Positions 18,911-29,159 are shown, numbered from the stretch's first letter. The stretch: 64,000 bases of DNA from an uncultured Verrucomicrobiae bacterium (GCA_963756875.1 CAVWPA010000003.1:544001-608000); one strand, 5' to 3'. Notes: generated by a model from the letters alone, not told the origin. Made by a program: numbers and translations.

Positions 18911-19037
18911 GTAAAACCAGATGCTTGGTTGAAGTGGAATGGAGCGCAAGTCTCCGATGCGCGGTTCAGATGAATTCCTCTCCACGGCGAACTTGCGATT
19001 TAGACGGGTCGCAGCCAAACTGGCGGCCTTCAAACCG

Positions 19038-19748
19038 ATGAACGAACGCTACGTTAAGTGGTACACGCCTTATCTCAGTCGCGAGTTTGAAATGCTGATC
19101 TTTGGAAACGGCGGCGGTCTGCCGCTGCTTTTATTTCCCACGTCTAATGCGCGTTATTACGAGAACAAGGACTTTGGGCTGGTAGGCGCCATCAGCGGTT
19201 TCATCGATTCGGGCAGAGTGACCGTTTACTGCCCGGACGCCATCGACCGGGACAGTTTGTACAACAAATCGATTCATCCCGCCGACCGAATGCGGACGTA
19301 CAACGCCTATGAAAACGTGATCGTAAACGACGTGTTCGATCGGGCACGGCGCGAATGCAATTGTCAGCGCGTTGCAGTTTGCGGGGCGAGCCTGGGTGCC
19401 TATCACGCGGGCAACATCGCGTTTCGTCACCCGGATTTAGTCAGCTATTTCATCAGCTTGAGCGGTTCGTTCGATATCAGCTCATTTTTTGACGGCTATT
19501 ACGACGACAACATCTATTTCAACAGCCCGTTTCATTATCTGGCGAACTGCCCCGACCCCTGGAAATACAACCACATGGGCATCATCGTCAGCACCGGCGA
19601 ATGGGACGTGACTCGCCAGGAAAGCGTGCGGCTCTCGGAGATCCTCAACTCAAAAGGGATTCGCCATTTCTTCGACGACCGGAAATGGTCCGGCCACGAT
19701 TGGAATTACTGGGCCGATTCGCTGCCGTACTACCTGTCGCTGCTGTGA
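19038..19748 (+). CDS. Alpha/beta hydrolase, esterase family
   Basis: FPTS, GASLGAYH, SLSGSFD, GHDWNYW; start at MNERYVKW. Confidence 0.85.
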   Translation: MNERYVKWYTPYLSREFEMLIFGNGGGLPLLLFPTSNARYYENKDFGLVGAISGFIDSGRVTVYCPDAIDRDSLYNKSIHPADRMRTYNAYENVIVNDVFDRARRECNCQRVAVCGASLGAYHAGNIAFRHPDLVSYFISLSGSFDISSFFDGYYDDNIYFNSPFHYLANCPDPWKYNHMGIIVSTGEWDVTRQESVRLSEILNSKGIRHFFDDRKWSGHDWNYWADSLPYYLSLL

Positions 19749-19775
19749 GCGCGCTCCGCGCTTTTGATTTTTAAT

Positions 19776-19839
19776 TGTAGGGCGTTTCTGTGAAACGCCA
19801 ATTGTGATGAGCAGCGTCCGCCGCGGCGGACGCCCTACA
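19776..19839. repeat. GTAG-tagged REP-like inverted pair
   Basis: TGTAGGGCGTTTC..GAAACGCC…GCGTCCGCCGCGGCGGACGCCCTACA. Confidence 0.75.
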
Positions 19840-19964
19840 CAATCCGATCCTTGGCTTCGCTCGGGACAACGCGTATCGCGGCATCAGAGAGGTCGGCGTC
19901 TACAATCTTGCTGTATGCGGGAAGTTGGCAGGTTTCGTATTGTTAGTCTGAACACACCTTGGTG

Positions 19965-20831
19965 ATGACAGAAAAACGAATCGTTCTTGGCGCGCACATG
20001 TCGATTGGCGGCGGCGCGCACATGGCAATAGAGCGTGCCCGCTCGATTCGCTGCAATGCCATGCAGATTTTCGTAAAAAACAACATGCAATGGTTCGCGC
20101 GCCCACTTACGCGCGACGAAATTTCCTCTTTTCTCGAACATCGGCAACGCGGCGAACTTTTGTCGGTCTTTGCGCATGCCAATTATCTCATCAATCTCGC
20201 CGCCACGAACCCGCGGTTTTACGCTAATTCGTTGCGCGCGTTGTCGGAAGAACTGATACGCGCCGATCAACTTGAATTGCCGTTCCTCGTTTTGCATCCG
20301 GGCGCGCATCTTGGCATGGGCGAAGAAGCAGGGCTCAACAAGATTGTCGCGTCCATCGACAAAGTGTTGCGCAAAATCCCAAAAGTGAAAACCCGCATTG
20401 CGCTGGAAACGACTGCCGGACAAGGATCGTGCCTGGGTCACACTTTCGAGCAGATCGCTTACATTATCGGCAACGCCCGCGAGCCGGAGCGGCTCTCCGT
20501 TTGCCTCGACACGGCACACGTTTTTGCCGCCGGTTACGATATCGGCAGCGAAGAGGCCACCCGGAAAACATTTCGCGAATTCGATCGTCTCATCGGACTG
20601 GACAGGTTGGTGGCGATCCACGTGAACGATTCCAAAACGGCGCGTGGCTCCCGTGTAGATCGGCACCAGCACATCGGCAAAGGAAAAATCGGGCTCGATG
20701 CTTTCCGTTTCATCGTACGCGACCGCCGCTTTGGGAAAATTCCGAAAGTGCTGGAAACGCCGAAGGGGAAGGAGCTGCGGGAAGATGTGATGAACCTAAG
20801 GACGTTGCGAGCGCTTGCCCGCAACAAATGA
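19965..20831 (+). CDS. nfo: Endonuclease IV (deoxyribonuclease IV)
   Basis: LGAHMSI, HANYLINLA, VLHPG, LETTAGQG, CLDTAH, HVNDSK, DRHQHIGKG, LETP. Confidence 0.96.
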   Translation: MTEKRIVLGAHMSIGGGAHMAIERARSIRCNAMQIFVKNNMQWFARPLTRDEISSFLEHRQRGELLSVFAHANYLINLAATNPRFYANSLRALSEELIRADQLELPFLVLHPGAHLGMGEEAGLNKIVASIDKVLRKIPKVKTRIALETTAGQGSCLGHTFEQIAYIIGNAREPERLSVCLDTAHVFAAGYDIGSEEATRKTFREFDRLIGLDRLVAIHVNDSKTARGSRVDRHQHIGKGKIGLDAFRFIVRDRRFGKIPKVLETPKGKELREDVMNLRTLRALARNK

Positions 20832-21380
20832 CGAAGCACGAATGACCAATGACGAAAAAGAGGCGTTCTCTATTTCACTATCCGGAGTTTCGTGCATTCG
20901 TCATTTATTTGATGAACCGAATGGCGAGGGGATAACGGTAAAGTTTTCCTTCGCTCGCTTGAATGGACGCGATGATGACGAACACCGTGTTCAGCACCCA
21001 AAGCACGATCAGAATCGGGATGCCGATAAGAACGAGACAAAGAATCGCGGCGATTGCGTCGTAAATCAGCATGGAGATCTGAAAGTTGAGCGATTCCTTT
21101 CCATGCGCGTCGATCTCGGCCGAATCGCCGCGTTTGATCAGCCAAACGATGAGCGGGCCGAGAAGATGACCGAGAAAATGAAGAAACAATCCGAGCAACG
21201 CGCTTGCGTGGCAAAGCACGCACCAGAGACGGACATCGGAGGAGGTCGAAGGGGCAGTCGGCGATGGAAGCGGGGGCGGGGGCGGTGATTGGTCCATATC
21301 TGTTTAAGTTTAATGACGAATGACGAATGTCTAATGACGAAAGGGAGACGCCACTTAATTCAGCATTCAGGTTTGGTCAT
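20828..21380. repeat. Heptamer (AATGACG) tandem repeats flanking the DUF4870 gene on both sides
   Basis: atgacgaagcacgaatgaccaatgacga…tttcgtgcattcgtcatt (20828-20904); aatgacgaatgacgaatgtctaatgacgaa…cattcaggtttggtcatt (21312-21380); also 10566-10660. Confidence 0.65.
20905..21297 (-). CDS. DUF4870 membrane protein
   Basis: LCHAS, GPLIVWL, HGKESLNFQI, YRYPLAIRFIK. Confidence 0.9.
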   Translation of the reverse strand: MDQSPPPPPLPSPTAPSTSSDVRLWCVLCHASALLGLFLHFLGHLLGPLIVWLIKRGDSAEIDAHGKESLNFQISMLIYDAIAAILCLVLIGIPILIVLWVLNTVFVIIASIQASEGKLYRYPLAIRFIK

Positions 21381-21446
21381 TTTGCACCATCGTGGCATCG
21401 GCTTCCAGCCGATACGCTGCAAAATCGGCAGGATGCCGATTTCACT

Positions 21447-22706
21447 TTATCCCTTTACTCGCTCGATGTGGGCGCCGAGTTCACTTAGTTTTTCATCGAG
21501 GTGTTCGTAGCCGCGGTCGATGTGATAAACCCGGCTGACCTCGGTGACGCCTTCCGCTTTCAGCCCGGCGAGCACGAGCGCGGCGGACGCGCGCAAATCG
21601 CTCGCCATTACTGGCGCTCCGAGGAGACGGTCGACGCCGCGAATCACAGCGGTGGCGCCTTCCAGGTCCATTTGTGCTCCCATGCGCTTTAATTCGGCAA
21701 CGTGCATGTAACGCTGCGGGAAAATATTCTCCGTGATTACGCTGGTGCCTTCCGTTGTGGAAAGCAACGCGCACATTTGCGCCTGCATATCTGTCGGAAA
21801 TCCCGGATACGGCTCAGTGCCCAGCTCCAGCGGGACGGCTGTGCCATTCGGTGAAATCGAGATCGTCTCTTTATCGATGCTTACTGGAAATCCACACTTT
21901 TTCAGGGCCTCTGTGACCGCGGTCAAATGCAACGGCTCGACGCGTTTGAGAGTAACGCCTGCCCCGGAAATCGCGCCTGCCACGAGAAATGTTCCGGCTT
22001 CGATCCGATCCGGAATAATATCGTGTTCGGTGCCATGCAGTTCGGGAACGCCTTCGATGATAATGCGGCGTGTTCCGGCGCCTTCGATTTTCGCGCCCAT
22101 TTTGTTCAGAAAGTTTGCCAGATCCACCACTTCCGGTTCCTGAGCGGCGCCTTCGATGACGGTTGTGCCTTCGGTCAGAACGGCGGCCATCATGATATTG
22201 TCCGTGCCGAGAACAGTCGGACCGAATTTGCCATGGGCTGTGACAATCGCTCCGGTAAGCTTCGGCGCGAAGACTTTGACGTTTCCACTTTCGACGCGCA
22301 CGGCGGCGCCGAGCGCTTCGAAGCCTTTCAAATGCAAATCGATCGGCCGATCGCCGATAACGCAGCCGCCCGGCATCGAGACCGTCGCTTCCTTGCAGCG
22401 GCCGAGTAACGGCCCGAGCACGCAGACCGAGGCGCGCATTTTTCGAACAACGTCGTATGGTGCGACCGAGGCCACGTTTTCGGCCGTCACGCTAACCGTG
22501 CCGCTGGCGCGTTCCACCTGCGCGCCGAGGTGCGTCAGGATTTGCAGCATGTAATGGGTGTCGCTCAGGTCCGGCACGCGCCGAATGATGCACGGCTCGC
22601 GCGTCAGCAGCGTGGCCGCCAGGATCGGCAGCGCGGAGTTTTTCGAGCCGCTAATCTTGATAGAGCCCGAGAGGGGATGGCCGCCGTGGATGCGTATCTT
22701 ATCCAT
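21447..22706 (-). CDS. murA: UDP-N-acetylglucosamine 1-carboxyvinyltransferase
   Basis: SGSKNSALPIL, KMRAS, PGGCVIGDRPIDLH, PDRIEAGT, PGFPTDMQAQ, DLRAS, HIDRGYE. Confidence 0.97.
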   Translation of the reverse strand: MDKIRIHGGHPLSGSIKISGSKNSALPILAATLLTREPCIIRRVPDLSDTHYMLQILTHLGAQVERASGTVSVTAENVASVAPYDVVRKMRASVCVLGPLLGRCKEATVSMPGGCVIGDRPIDLHLKGFEALGAAVRVESGNVKVFAPKLTGAIVTAHGKFGPTVLGTDNIMMAAVLTEGTTVIEGAAQEPEVVDLANFLNKMGAKIEGAGTRRIIIEGVPELHGTEHDIIPDRIEAGTFLVAGAISGAGVTLKRVEPLHLTAVTEALKKCGFPVSIDKETISISPNGTAVPLELGTEPYPGFPTDMQAQMCALLSTTEGTSVITENIFPQRYMHVAELKRMGAQMDLEGATAVIRGVDRLLGAPVMASDLRASAALVLAGLKAEGVTEVSRVYHIDRGYEHLDEKLSELGAHIERVKG

Positions 22707-23541
22707 ACTTGGCAAAGAGGAACCGCGGAGTACCTGCATAATCCTTTTTCGACTCGATGTCGTGATAATTTTTTTGCGCGAGAAGGTCGCAGAGCGCTTC
22801 GCGCTGGCCGATCCCAATCTCCAGCGCGAGCAGGCCGCCCGGCTGGAAATGCACTGGCGCCCGCTCGATGAGCGCGCGGACCAGCTCGTCGCCGTGCTCG
22901 CCTCCGAACAGCGCGGTCTCGGGGTCCCGCAAAACCTCCGGCGAAAGTGATTGTCGATCTTGCATGGCGATATATGGAAGATTCGCGACAATCACATCGA
23001 ATCTTTCAGGATTTTTTTCGAGAAGGTTACTCTGAGTGAATTGGACCCGCGCGCTCAAGCCGAGCCGCTCCGCGTTCTCCCGCGCCAGGGCCAGCGCATC
23101 TTCTGAAACATCGACAGCAAAAATTTGCGCGTCCGGAAACTTGTTCGCCAGACTCAGGGCGATGACACCCGATCCGGTCCCCACGTCGACGATTCGAAGC
23201 CCGGAGCCCGGAGCGCGGAGCATGGGGCCCAGCGACTCGACGAGCTCTTCTGTTTCCGGCCGGGGAACCAGGGCTCGTTTGTCGCAAAGAAACGTCTGTC
23301 CGCAAAACTCGACCGTGCCCAGCAAATGCTGAAGAGGCTCGCCTTCACCGCGCCTTCGGACCAGCTCGCGCAGTGGCGCAAGCTCCGACTCGTTCAGCGG
23401 GCGCTCGAATTCCAGATAAAGTTCCATGCGCGTGCGTCCGAGCACGTGCGCGAGCAGATGCTCCGCGTTCAAACGCGGATTCTCGATCTTTCGTTTGTTC
23501 AAAAAATCGGCGCTCGCTTGCAGCACTTCGAGCAAAGTCAT
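22699..23541 (-). CDS. prmC: Release factor glutamine methyltransferase
   Basis: GEPLQHL, LVPRPETE, DVGTGSG.IA, NLPY; downstream of prfA. Confidence 0.95.
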   Translation of the reverse strand: MTLLEVLQASADFLNKRKIENPRLNAEHLLAHVLGRTRMELYLEFERPLNESELAPLRELVRRRGEGEPLQHLLGTVEFCGQTFLCDKRALVPRPETEELVESLGPMLRAPGSGLRIVDVGTGSGVIALSLANKFPDAQIFAVDVSEDALALARENAERLGLSARVQFTQSNLLEKNPERFDVIVANLPYIAMQDRQSLSPEVLRDPETALFGGEHGDELVRALIERAPVHFQPGGLLALEIGIGQREALCDLLAQKNYHDIESKKDYAGTPRFLFAKYG

Positions 23542-23544
23542 GGA

Positions 23545-23988
23545 TTACACGCCGATGTCTTCATTCCACAATTCCGGATTCTTCGCGATGAACTCACGCA
23601 TCATATCGATGCACTCCTGGTCCTCGATCAGGTCAAGGATCACGCCGTTGCTACGCAGCAAATCTTCGGGGCCCTTGAACGTGACATTCTCACCGATCAC
23701 CACTCGTGGAACTTGATAAAGCAGAATCGCTCCCGCGCACATGGCGCAAGGCGAAAGCGTCGTGTAGATCGTGCATCGGCGATACACCTCGGTCTTTTGT
23801 CGCCCGGCGTTTTCGAGGCAATTCATTTCGGCGTGATGAATGACGCTCCCTTTTTGCACGCGCTGATTGCGTCCGCGTCCAATGATTTCGCCGTCGCAAA
23901 CAAGCACAGACCCGATCGGTATGCCGCCTTCCCTGAGACCGCGCCTTGCCTCTTCCATTGCAGCGCGAAGGAAAACGTCGCCGCTCAT
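23545..23988 (-). CDS. Zn-dependent nucleoside/cytosine deaminase (yeast FCY1-like)
   Basis: [28 protein letters not shown]-terminus. Confidence 0.85.
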   Translation of the reverse strand: MSGDVFLRAAMEEARRGLREGGIPIGSVLVCDGEIIGRGRNQRVQKGSVIHHAEMNCLENAGRQKTEVYRRCTIYTTLSPCAMCAGAILLYQVPRVVIGENVTFKGPEDLLRSNGVILDLIEDQECIDMMREFIAKNPELWNEDIGV

Positions 23989-25064
23989 GCGCTCAAAGAC
24001 GTTTCCTTCAGTCGCTCCGACACGTCTGCGATCTGCAGCGCGCCGATCAACTCCTCGAGGTCGCCCTCCATCACACGGTCCAGATTATAAAGCGTCAGAC
24101 CGATGCGATGATCCGTGACCCGGTTCTGCGGGAAATTATACGTCCGAATTTTCTCTTCCCTGCTGCCGGTACCGATCTGGCCGCGGCGCTGGGCGCTGTA
24201 TTTTTCCGCTTCTTCATGCTGTTTTCGCTCAAGCAGACGGGACCGTAGGATCGATAGCGCGCGTTCCTTGTTTTTGATCTGACTACGGCCATCCTGACAG
24301 CGAACAATCGTTCCCGTCGGGATATGCAGGACCTGCACCGCCGAATCGGTGGTGTTCACGCCTTGGCCGCCCGGACCGCCCGCGCGGGAGACTTCAATCC
24401 GCAAATCTTCCGGCTTCAGCTCAACATCGACATCTTCAGCCTCGGGCAGCACCGCAACGGTTGCAGTCGATGTATGAATGCGGCCCTGCGCTTCCGTTGC
24501 CGGGACGCGTTGGACACGATGCACGCCGCTTTCGTAGCGTAATTTGCGAAAAACCGACGCACCGGAAACGCGGAAGATCACTTCCTTGAGGCCGCCCAAT
24601 TCCGAAGGACTCGATTCCAGGTCCTCGACTTTTAACCCGGCCGATTCGGCATAGCGATTGTACATCCGGTAAAGATCGGCCGCGAAAATGGCGGCTTCGC
24701 TGCCACCTGTGCCGGCGCGAATCTCCACAATCGCGTCCCGGTCTTCGTTTTCATCGGGCGGCAGCAGCGCGATTTGCAATTCGCGCTCGAGGTCGGCGAC
24801 TCGCTTTTCGAGATCGGGGATCTCGTCATCGGCCATGGCCGCCATTTCAACGTCCGGGGAGGTGGCCAGTTCGCGATTATTGTCGAGCTGCTTTCGCGCC
24901 AGCTCGAGTTCGTTCCATCGGGCGAGCAAATTCTTGATGCCGGCGTGTTCGCGCATGATTTCGCCGGCGCGTTTACGATTGTCGAAAAGGCGCGGGTCGG
25001 CAATTTCGCGTTCGAGTTCTTCGAAGCGCTCGCGTTTGCGTTGGATGAGAAGATCAAAGTCCAT
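23985..25064 (-). CDS. prfA: Peptide chain release factor 1
   Basis: [24 protein letters not shown] (PxT), [11 protein letters not shown]. Confidence 0.97.
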   Translation of the reverse strand: MDFDLLIQRKRERFEELEREIADPRLFDNRKRAGEIMREHAGIKNLLARWNELELARKQLDNNRELATSPDVEMAAMADDEIPDLEKRVADLERELQIALLPPDENEDRDAIVEIRAGTGGSEAAIFAADLYRMYNRYAESAGLKVEDLESSPSELGGLKEVIFRVSGASVFRKLRYESGVHRVQRVPATEAQGRIHTSTATVAVLPEAEDVDVELKPEDLRIEVSRAGGPGGQGVNTTDSAVQVLHIPTGTIVRCQDGRSQIKNKERALSILRSRLLERKQHEEAEKYSAQRRGQIGTGSREEKIRTYNFPQNRVTDHRIGLTLYNLDRVMEGDLEELIGALQIADVSERLKETSLSA

Positions 25065-25066
25065 AT

Positions 25067-25120
25067 TGTAGCCGCGGTCGCCGACCGCGGAGGAGGCCGG
25101 GGTTGACGACCCCAGCTACA
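25067..25120. repeat. GTAG-tagged REP-like inverted pair between rpmE and prfA
   Basis: TGTAGCCGCGGTCGCCGACCGCGG…GGGGTTGACGACCCCAGCTACA. Confidence 0.75.
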
Positions 25121-25128
25121 CAATTCAG

Positions 25129-25356
25129 CTAAACTTTCTTGCCGACGCGCGCGGCTTTGGTGCTGCCGTAACGGCGCGCGAACTTCTCGACGCGACCGGC
25201 GGTGTCGATAAATTTTTGTTCGCCGGTGAAAAACGGATGACAAGCGGCACAAATACCGATTCTAATATCGCGGCGTGTGGAACGCGTGTGGTAAACCGCG
25301 CCGCATGCGCACACGATGTCGGTCTCGTGATATTCCGGATGGATACTCGCTTTCAT
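25129..25356 (-). CDS. rpmE: 50S ribosomal protein L31 (Zn-binding type)
   Basis: [34 protein letters not shown]. Confidence 0.97.
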   Translation of the reverse strand: MKASIHPEYHETDIVCACGAVYHTRSTRRDIRIGICAACHPFFTGEQKFIDTAGRVEKFARRYGSTKAARVGKKV

Positions 25357-25405
25357 CTTCAAAAAGGAGCGCGAACTTAACCGCGTGGGGCCTCTCGTGC
25401 AAGGG

Positions 25406-26860
25406 ATGAAATCGACCGACGCCCTGCTGGAGAGCTGGGGCAGAACCCTCTCATTAAAAAGGGCGGCGCCTGCTATTTTCAACACACGCGGCGGAATCGT
25501 GCGCACGTTTCAGGGGATAGAAACGCGCGCCCGCGAATTCGAACCGAAACTCAGACCGTTTGATGCCGGGAATGTGGTCGCGATCCAAATCGGCAACCAC
25601 GCGGATTGGCCTTCGCTCTTGATCGCCTGTCTGCGCCAGCGGCTTGTCGTTCTCCCGCTCGAGCGGTCGATTAGCGAAGGTGAGCGTCAGGCGGCGCTGG
25701 CAGTTTGCCGCGTGAAAGCTGTAGTGACCACCGTCTCTGGCGGCAAAGAGATCGGAGTTACAGAATTCCTGCCGGGGACCCGCCTTCGCGAGGCTACGGC
25801 GCGGCAAGCGGCGGCCTCTACAAGGGCGGCCACTACGGAAGAGGACTGGCGCGGAAATCCTCCGTCGCTCCTGAAATTAACTTCCGGAACAACGGCTGCT
25901 CCTCGCGCTGTCCGGTTCCGCAGCGAGCAACTGGTTGCCGATTGCGAGAACATTTGCGCGACAATGGGGATCGGCGATGCCGATCTCAATTTCGGCGTCA
26001 TTCCCGTTTCTCACTCGTACGGATTCAGCAACCTGCTGAGTCCGCTGATCGCTCGTGGCGTGCCGCTGGCATTGAGCCAGGACCGCACTCCGCGCGCGGT
26101 GCTGGCCGATCTTGTCCACAGCAACGCGACCGTTTTCCCGGGAATGCCTGTTTTTTACCAGGCGCTTTGTAAAGTAGAAGACGCTCCGGCTCTGCCGAAA
26201 CTGCGGCTCTGCATTTCGGCAGGTGCACCGTTGCCGAGGGCCGTAGCGCAAGACTTTCAGTCGAAATTCAAACTACGGATTCATTCCTTTTACGGTGCGT
26301 CGGAATGCGGCGGTATTTGCTACGACCGCCGGGCGGCAGACGGGAGCGAAGGTTTCGTGGGCGGGCCGATGAAAAACGTTGAGTTGGAGATTGTCGAACC
26401 GGATGCGGCGGCGAGCCAGGTTCGGGTGCGGAGCGCGGCGGCAGGCGACGGTTATTTCCCGGAGCCTGACGAAGAAAAACTCGGCAACGGAATTTTTGTT
26501 CCCGACGATCTGCTGACGCGGGAAGGCCCCGGATTCAAAATAACGGGTCGCATTTCAGACATGATCAATGTGGCAGGGAAAAAAGTAAGCCCGGCGGAGG
26601 TGGAAGCCCGGCTGCTGAGCTTTCCCGGGGTGCGGCAAGCGGTTGTCTTCGGTCGCGACTCCGCCCTGCGCAGCGAGGAAGTGGTAGCGTGCGTCGTGTC
26701 GGAGCCGGGCGTGCGGGAAAGCGATCTACTGGAGATCTGCCGCCAGGAGTTGAGCGCGTGGCAGGTGCCAAAGCGAATCCACATTGTGGATGCGATTCCG
26801 GTAAACGAGCGGGGCAAAATCAGCCGGCGGGCCCTGGCGCGTCAGTTTGCGCTGCAGTAG
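25406..26860 (+). CDS. Class I adenylate-forming enzyme (acyl-CoA synthetase-like)
   Basis: [44 protein letters not shown]. Confidence 0.88.
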   Translation: MKSTDALLESWGRTLSLKRAAPAIFNTRGGIVRTFQGIETRAREFEPKLRPFDAGNVVAIQIGNHADWPSLLIACLRQRLVVLPLERSISEGERQAALAVCRVKAVVTTVSGGKEIGVTEFLPGTRLREATARQAAASTRAATTEEDWRGNPPSLLKLTSGTTAAPRAVRFRSEQLVADCENICATMGIGDADLNFGVIPVSHSYGFSNLLSPLIARGVPLALSQDRTPRAVLADLVHSNATVFPGMPVFYQALCKVEDAPALPKLRLCISAGAPLPRAVAQDFQSKFKLRIHSFYGASECGGICYDRRAADGSEGFVGGPMKNVELEIVEPDAAASQVRVRSAAAGDGYFPEPDEEKLGNGIFVPDDLLTREGPGFKITGRISDMINVAGKKVSPAEVEARLLSFPGVRQAVVFGRDSALRSEEVVACVVSEPGVRESDLLEICRQELSAWQVPKRIHIVDAIPVNERGKISRRALARQFALQ

Positions 26861-26936
26861 TCGCGCCCTAAAGGGATGCACCTGCAAAAAAAGTATTTTG
26901 CATTTCGCGAGAAGCAGGCATCTCTAAGCAGCAACA

Positions 26937-29129
26937 GTGAGAGAAGAAACAACCAAACAGGATGCACGGATTCTGGTTTTAGAGCCGGACGAACAGTTGG
27001 CGTCCGCAATTCTAGGCGCCTTAAAGCAGGCCGCGCCCCAGGCACTGGTGCAGATGGCGCACAATCTGGGGGAAGCCCAACAGCTTGTTCTTGGGGTGAA
27101 ACCCGATCTTTTCGTTCTGGATGTCGATGCGACCGAGGATCTTGGGCAGGATTTTCTTTACGATTTACGCACGAGCCACCCCAATGCCCGCGCAATTATC
27201 CTGACCGGCATTCATTTGCCCGGTCATCGCGAACAGGTTTCCGGCCTGGGCGCAATTCATTTTCTCGAGAAGCCATTTTCGCACGCAGATTTTGTTGAGC
27301 TCGTCCAATCGTCGCTGAAGCCCCCGGCCGGCGCGGAGAGCGAAAAGTTCCAGGGGACGCTGCGCGATCTCCATGTCGCCGACATTATTCAGCTGAAATG
27401 CATGAGCGGCACGACATCGGTGGTCGAGTTTACCGGGCCACGCGGGGAAAAGGCGCGGGTTTTCTTCGAGAAAGGCCAGATCCGCCATGCGACTTCTCCC
27501 GGCAGGGAGGGACTGGCCGCATTCAACCAGATCGTGAACTGGAAGGGCGGCACGATTTCGGAAGTTTCGCAGCCGGGGCCGAGCCCGCGCACGATTACGC
27601 AGGACTGGCAGGTGTTGTTGATGGAAGCAGTGCGCAGCATTGATGAGACGAATGCAATCAGCCAACAGAAGGCCACTGGCGGTGCGCCGGGCCGCAAAAT
27701 ACTCGTGATCGACGACAGCCTGATGTTGCTCAGCTTCGTCCAGGAAGTCTTGATAGAAGCACATTACGACGTGACAACGGCGCCGACAGGCGAAGAAGGG
27801 TTGCGGGCCGCGAAAAAAACCATGCCCGACCTGATTTTGCTCGATTTTATTTTGCCGGATATTAAGGGCGACGAAGTCTGCCGAAGGCTGCTGGAAGATC
27901 CGGAGACCGCCGCTTTCCCGGTGCTCTATATGTCCGGATTTACCGCCCATATGCAGCCGGACGCGGCGGGTAGTCCGAATGTGATTGGGTTCTTGAATAA
28001 ACCGTTCACTTCGGATTTGCTTATAAAAACCGTGGAGACCCATATGCCGAAATCACCGGAAGAACCGGACCCAGTCGAACCGCAAGTTTCACCAGGCGAG
28101 CAACAAGCCGACGCGGCGGAATTTCCAGTTGAACAGGAAGCTAATTATCATGAAACAGCCCAGACCGAGCCGGAGCCTGAGGCACCGGTGGAGGCGGCAT
28201 GGTGGAGTGGCGCGCCTTCTCCTGACGAACCGGCGGTGGCCGGTCCGACCGAGCCCTTCGCCCCAATGACCGAGTTCGGGCCGGAGAGCGCGACATCGCC
28301 GGCGAATGTGGAAGAGAATTTGCCCGATGAATCGGTGACAGCAGGGTTTTTTTTCTGCGGTGACACCCGATTTTTCTCACTTCACTGGGCACTGCAGACG
28401 ATTGCGAAAGAAAAACTCACCGGCTGGCTGCGGTCCTTCTGGGAGAGGGAACCGGTTGATCTTCTTGCACGAGACGGGCAGATCGTGATCGCGACTACGC
28501 AAGATGTGGAGTTTTACTGCCCGGAAATACCGATCACGCTGGCCAACGTCGATTCCGAAAAGATTGCCAATGCTCGCAATGAGCAGCGAAAAACAGGCTG
28601 TCCGCTCTTTCTCACACTTGCTGAGGAGAACCTGATTTTGCAGGAACCGGCCGCCCAGCTGGTGCAGCATCACGGACAAAAACTCTTTGCGCAGCTTTGG
28701 AGCGCGCTGCGTGTGCGTTTCGTTTTCAATCAGGGCGATCTGCCATCTTACGCCGACAATATCCCGGGCGAAGCGGACGTCGATCAGTGGGCGCTTGCGA
28801 CGTTGCGCTTGGTTCAATTCCAGGAATTGGGAAACCGCGCGAATTACGATCCCACCTCGATTCCCGCTTATACCAAGGATGGCTACGAGCGCGTGCAGAA
28901 TCTGCGGCTCACCGTGGCCGAGGCGCAGTTTGCCTCGCAATTCAACGGTGCCCGTTCCATTCAACAGATCGCCAAGAATCTGCGGCTCGACTTCAAGTTT
29001 GCACGATTAACGCTGTTCCGCTTTCTGGCGCTCGAAATCATCGAATGCTGGCCCGCCAACACGGCTGCCGGACGGGAAAGCCAGGGCCTTTTCCAGCGCA
29101 TCGCTCATTCCATCGGCATCGGCGAATAG
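26937..29129 (+). CDS. Response regulator, REC-DUF4388-REC-acidic linker-DUF4388-like (PatA-like)
   Basis: Two receiver domains (DLFVLD; ILVIDDS…DLILLD…KPF). FQGTLRDL.VADIIQL…FFEKGQIRHA…W..G…LLMEAVR.ID is typical of DUF4388. Confidence 0.78.
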   Translation: MREETTKQDARILVLEPDEQLASAILGALKQAAPQALVQMAHNLGEAQQLVLGVKPDLFVLDVDATEDLGQDFLYDLRTSHPNARAIILTGIHLPGHREQVSGLGAIHFLEKPFSHADFVELVQSSLKPPAGAESEKFQGTLRDLHVADIIQLKCMSGTTSVVEFTGPRGEKARVFFEKGQIRHATSPGREGLAAFNQIVNWKGGTISEVSQPGPSPRTITQDWQVLLMEAVRSIDETNAISQQKATGGAPGRKILVIDDSLMLLSFVQEVLIEAHYDVTTAPTGEEGLRAAKKTMPDLILLDFILPDIKGDEVCRRLLEDPETAAFPVLYMSGFTAHMQPDAAGSPNVIGFLNKPFTSDLLIKTVETHMPKSPEEPDPVEPQVSPGEQQADAAEFPVEQEANYHETAQTEPEPEAPVEAAWWSGAPSPDEPAVAGPTEPFAPMTEFGPESATSPANVEENLPDESVTAGFFFCGDTRFFSLHWALQTIAKEKLTGWLRSFWEREPVDLLARDGQIVIATTQDVEFYCPEIPITLANVDSEKIANARNEQRKTGCPLFLTLAEENLILQEPAAQLVQHHGQKLFAQLWSALRVRFVFNQGDLPSYADNIPGEADVDQWALATLRLVQFQELGNRANYDPTSIPAYTKDGYERVQNLRLTVAEAQFASQFNGARSIQQIAKNLRLDFKFARLTLFRFLALEIIECWPANTAAGRESQGLFQRIAHSIGIGE

Positions 29130-29159
29130 GCGCCGACGCCGCGATGTCCGCCTGCGGGC

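Noticed and set aside
23985..25064. Programmed frameshift in the release factor
   Set aside because: This is RF1 (PxT motif) with a continuous ORF. The frameshift is a feature of prfB.
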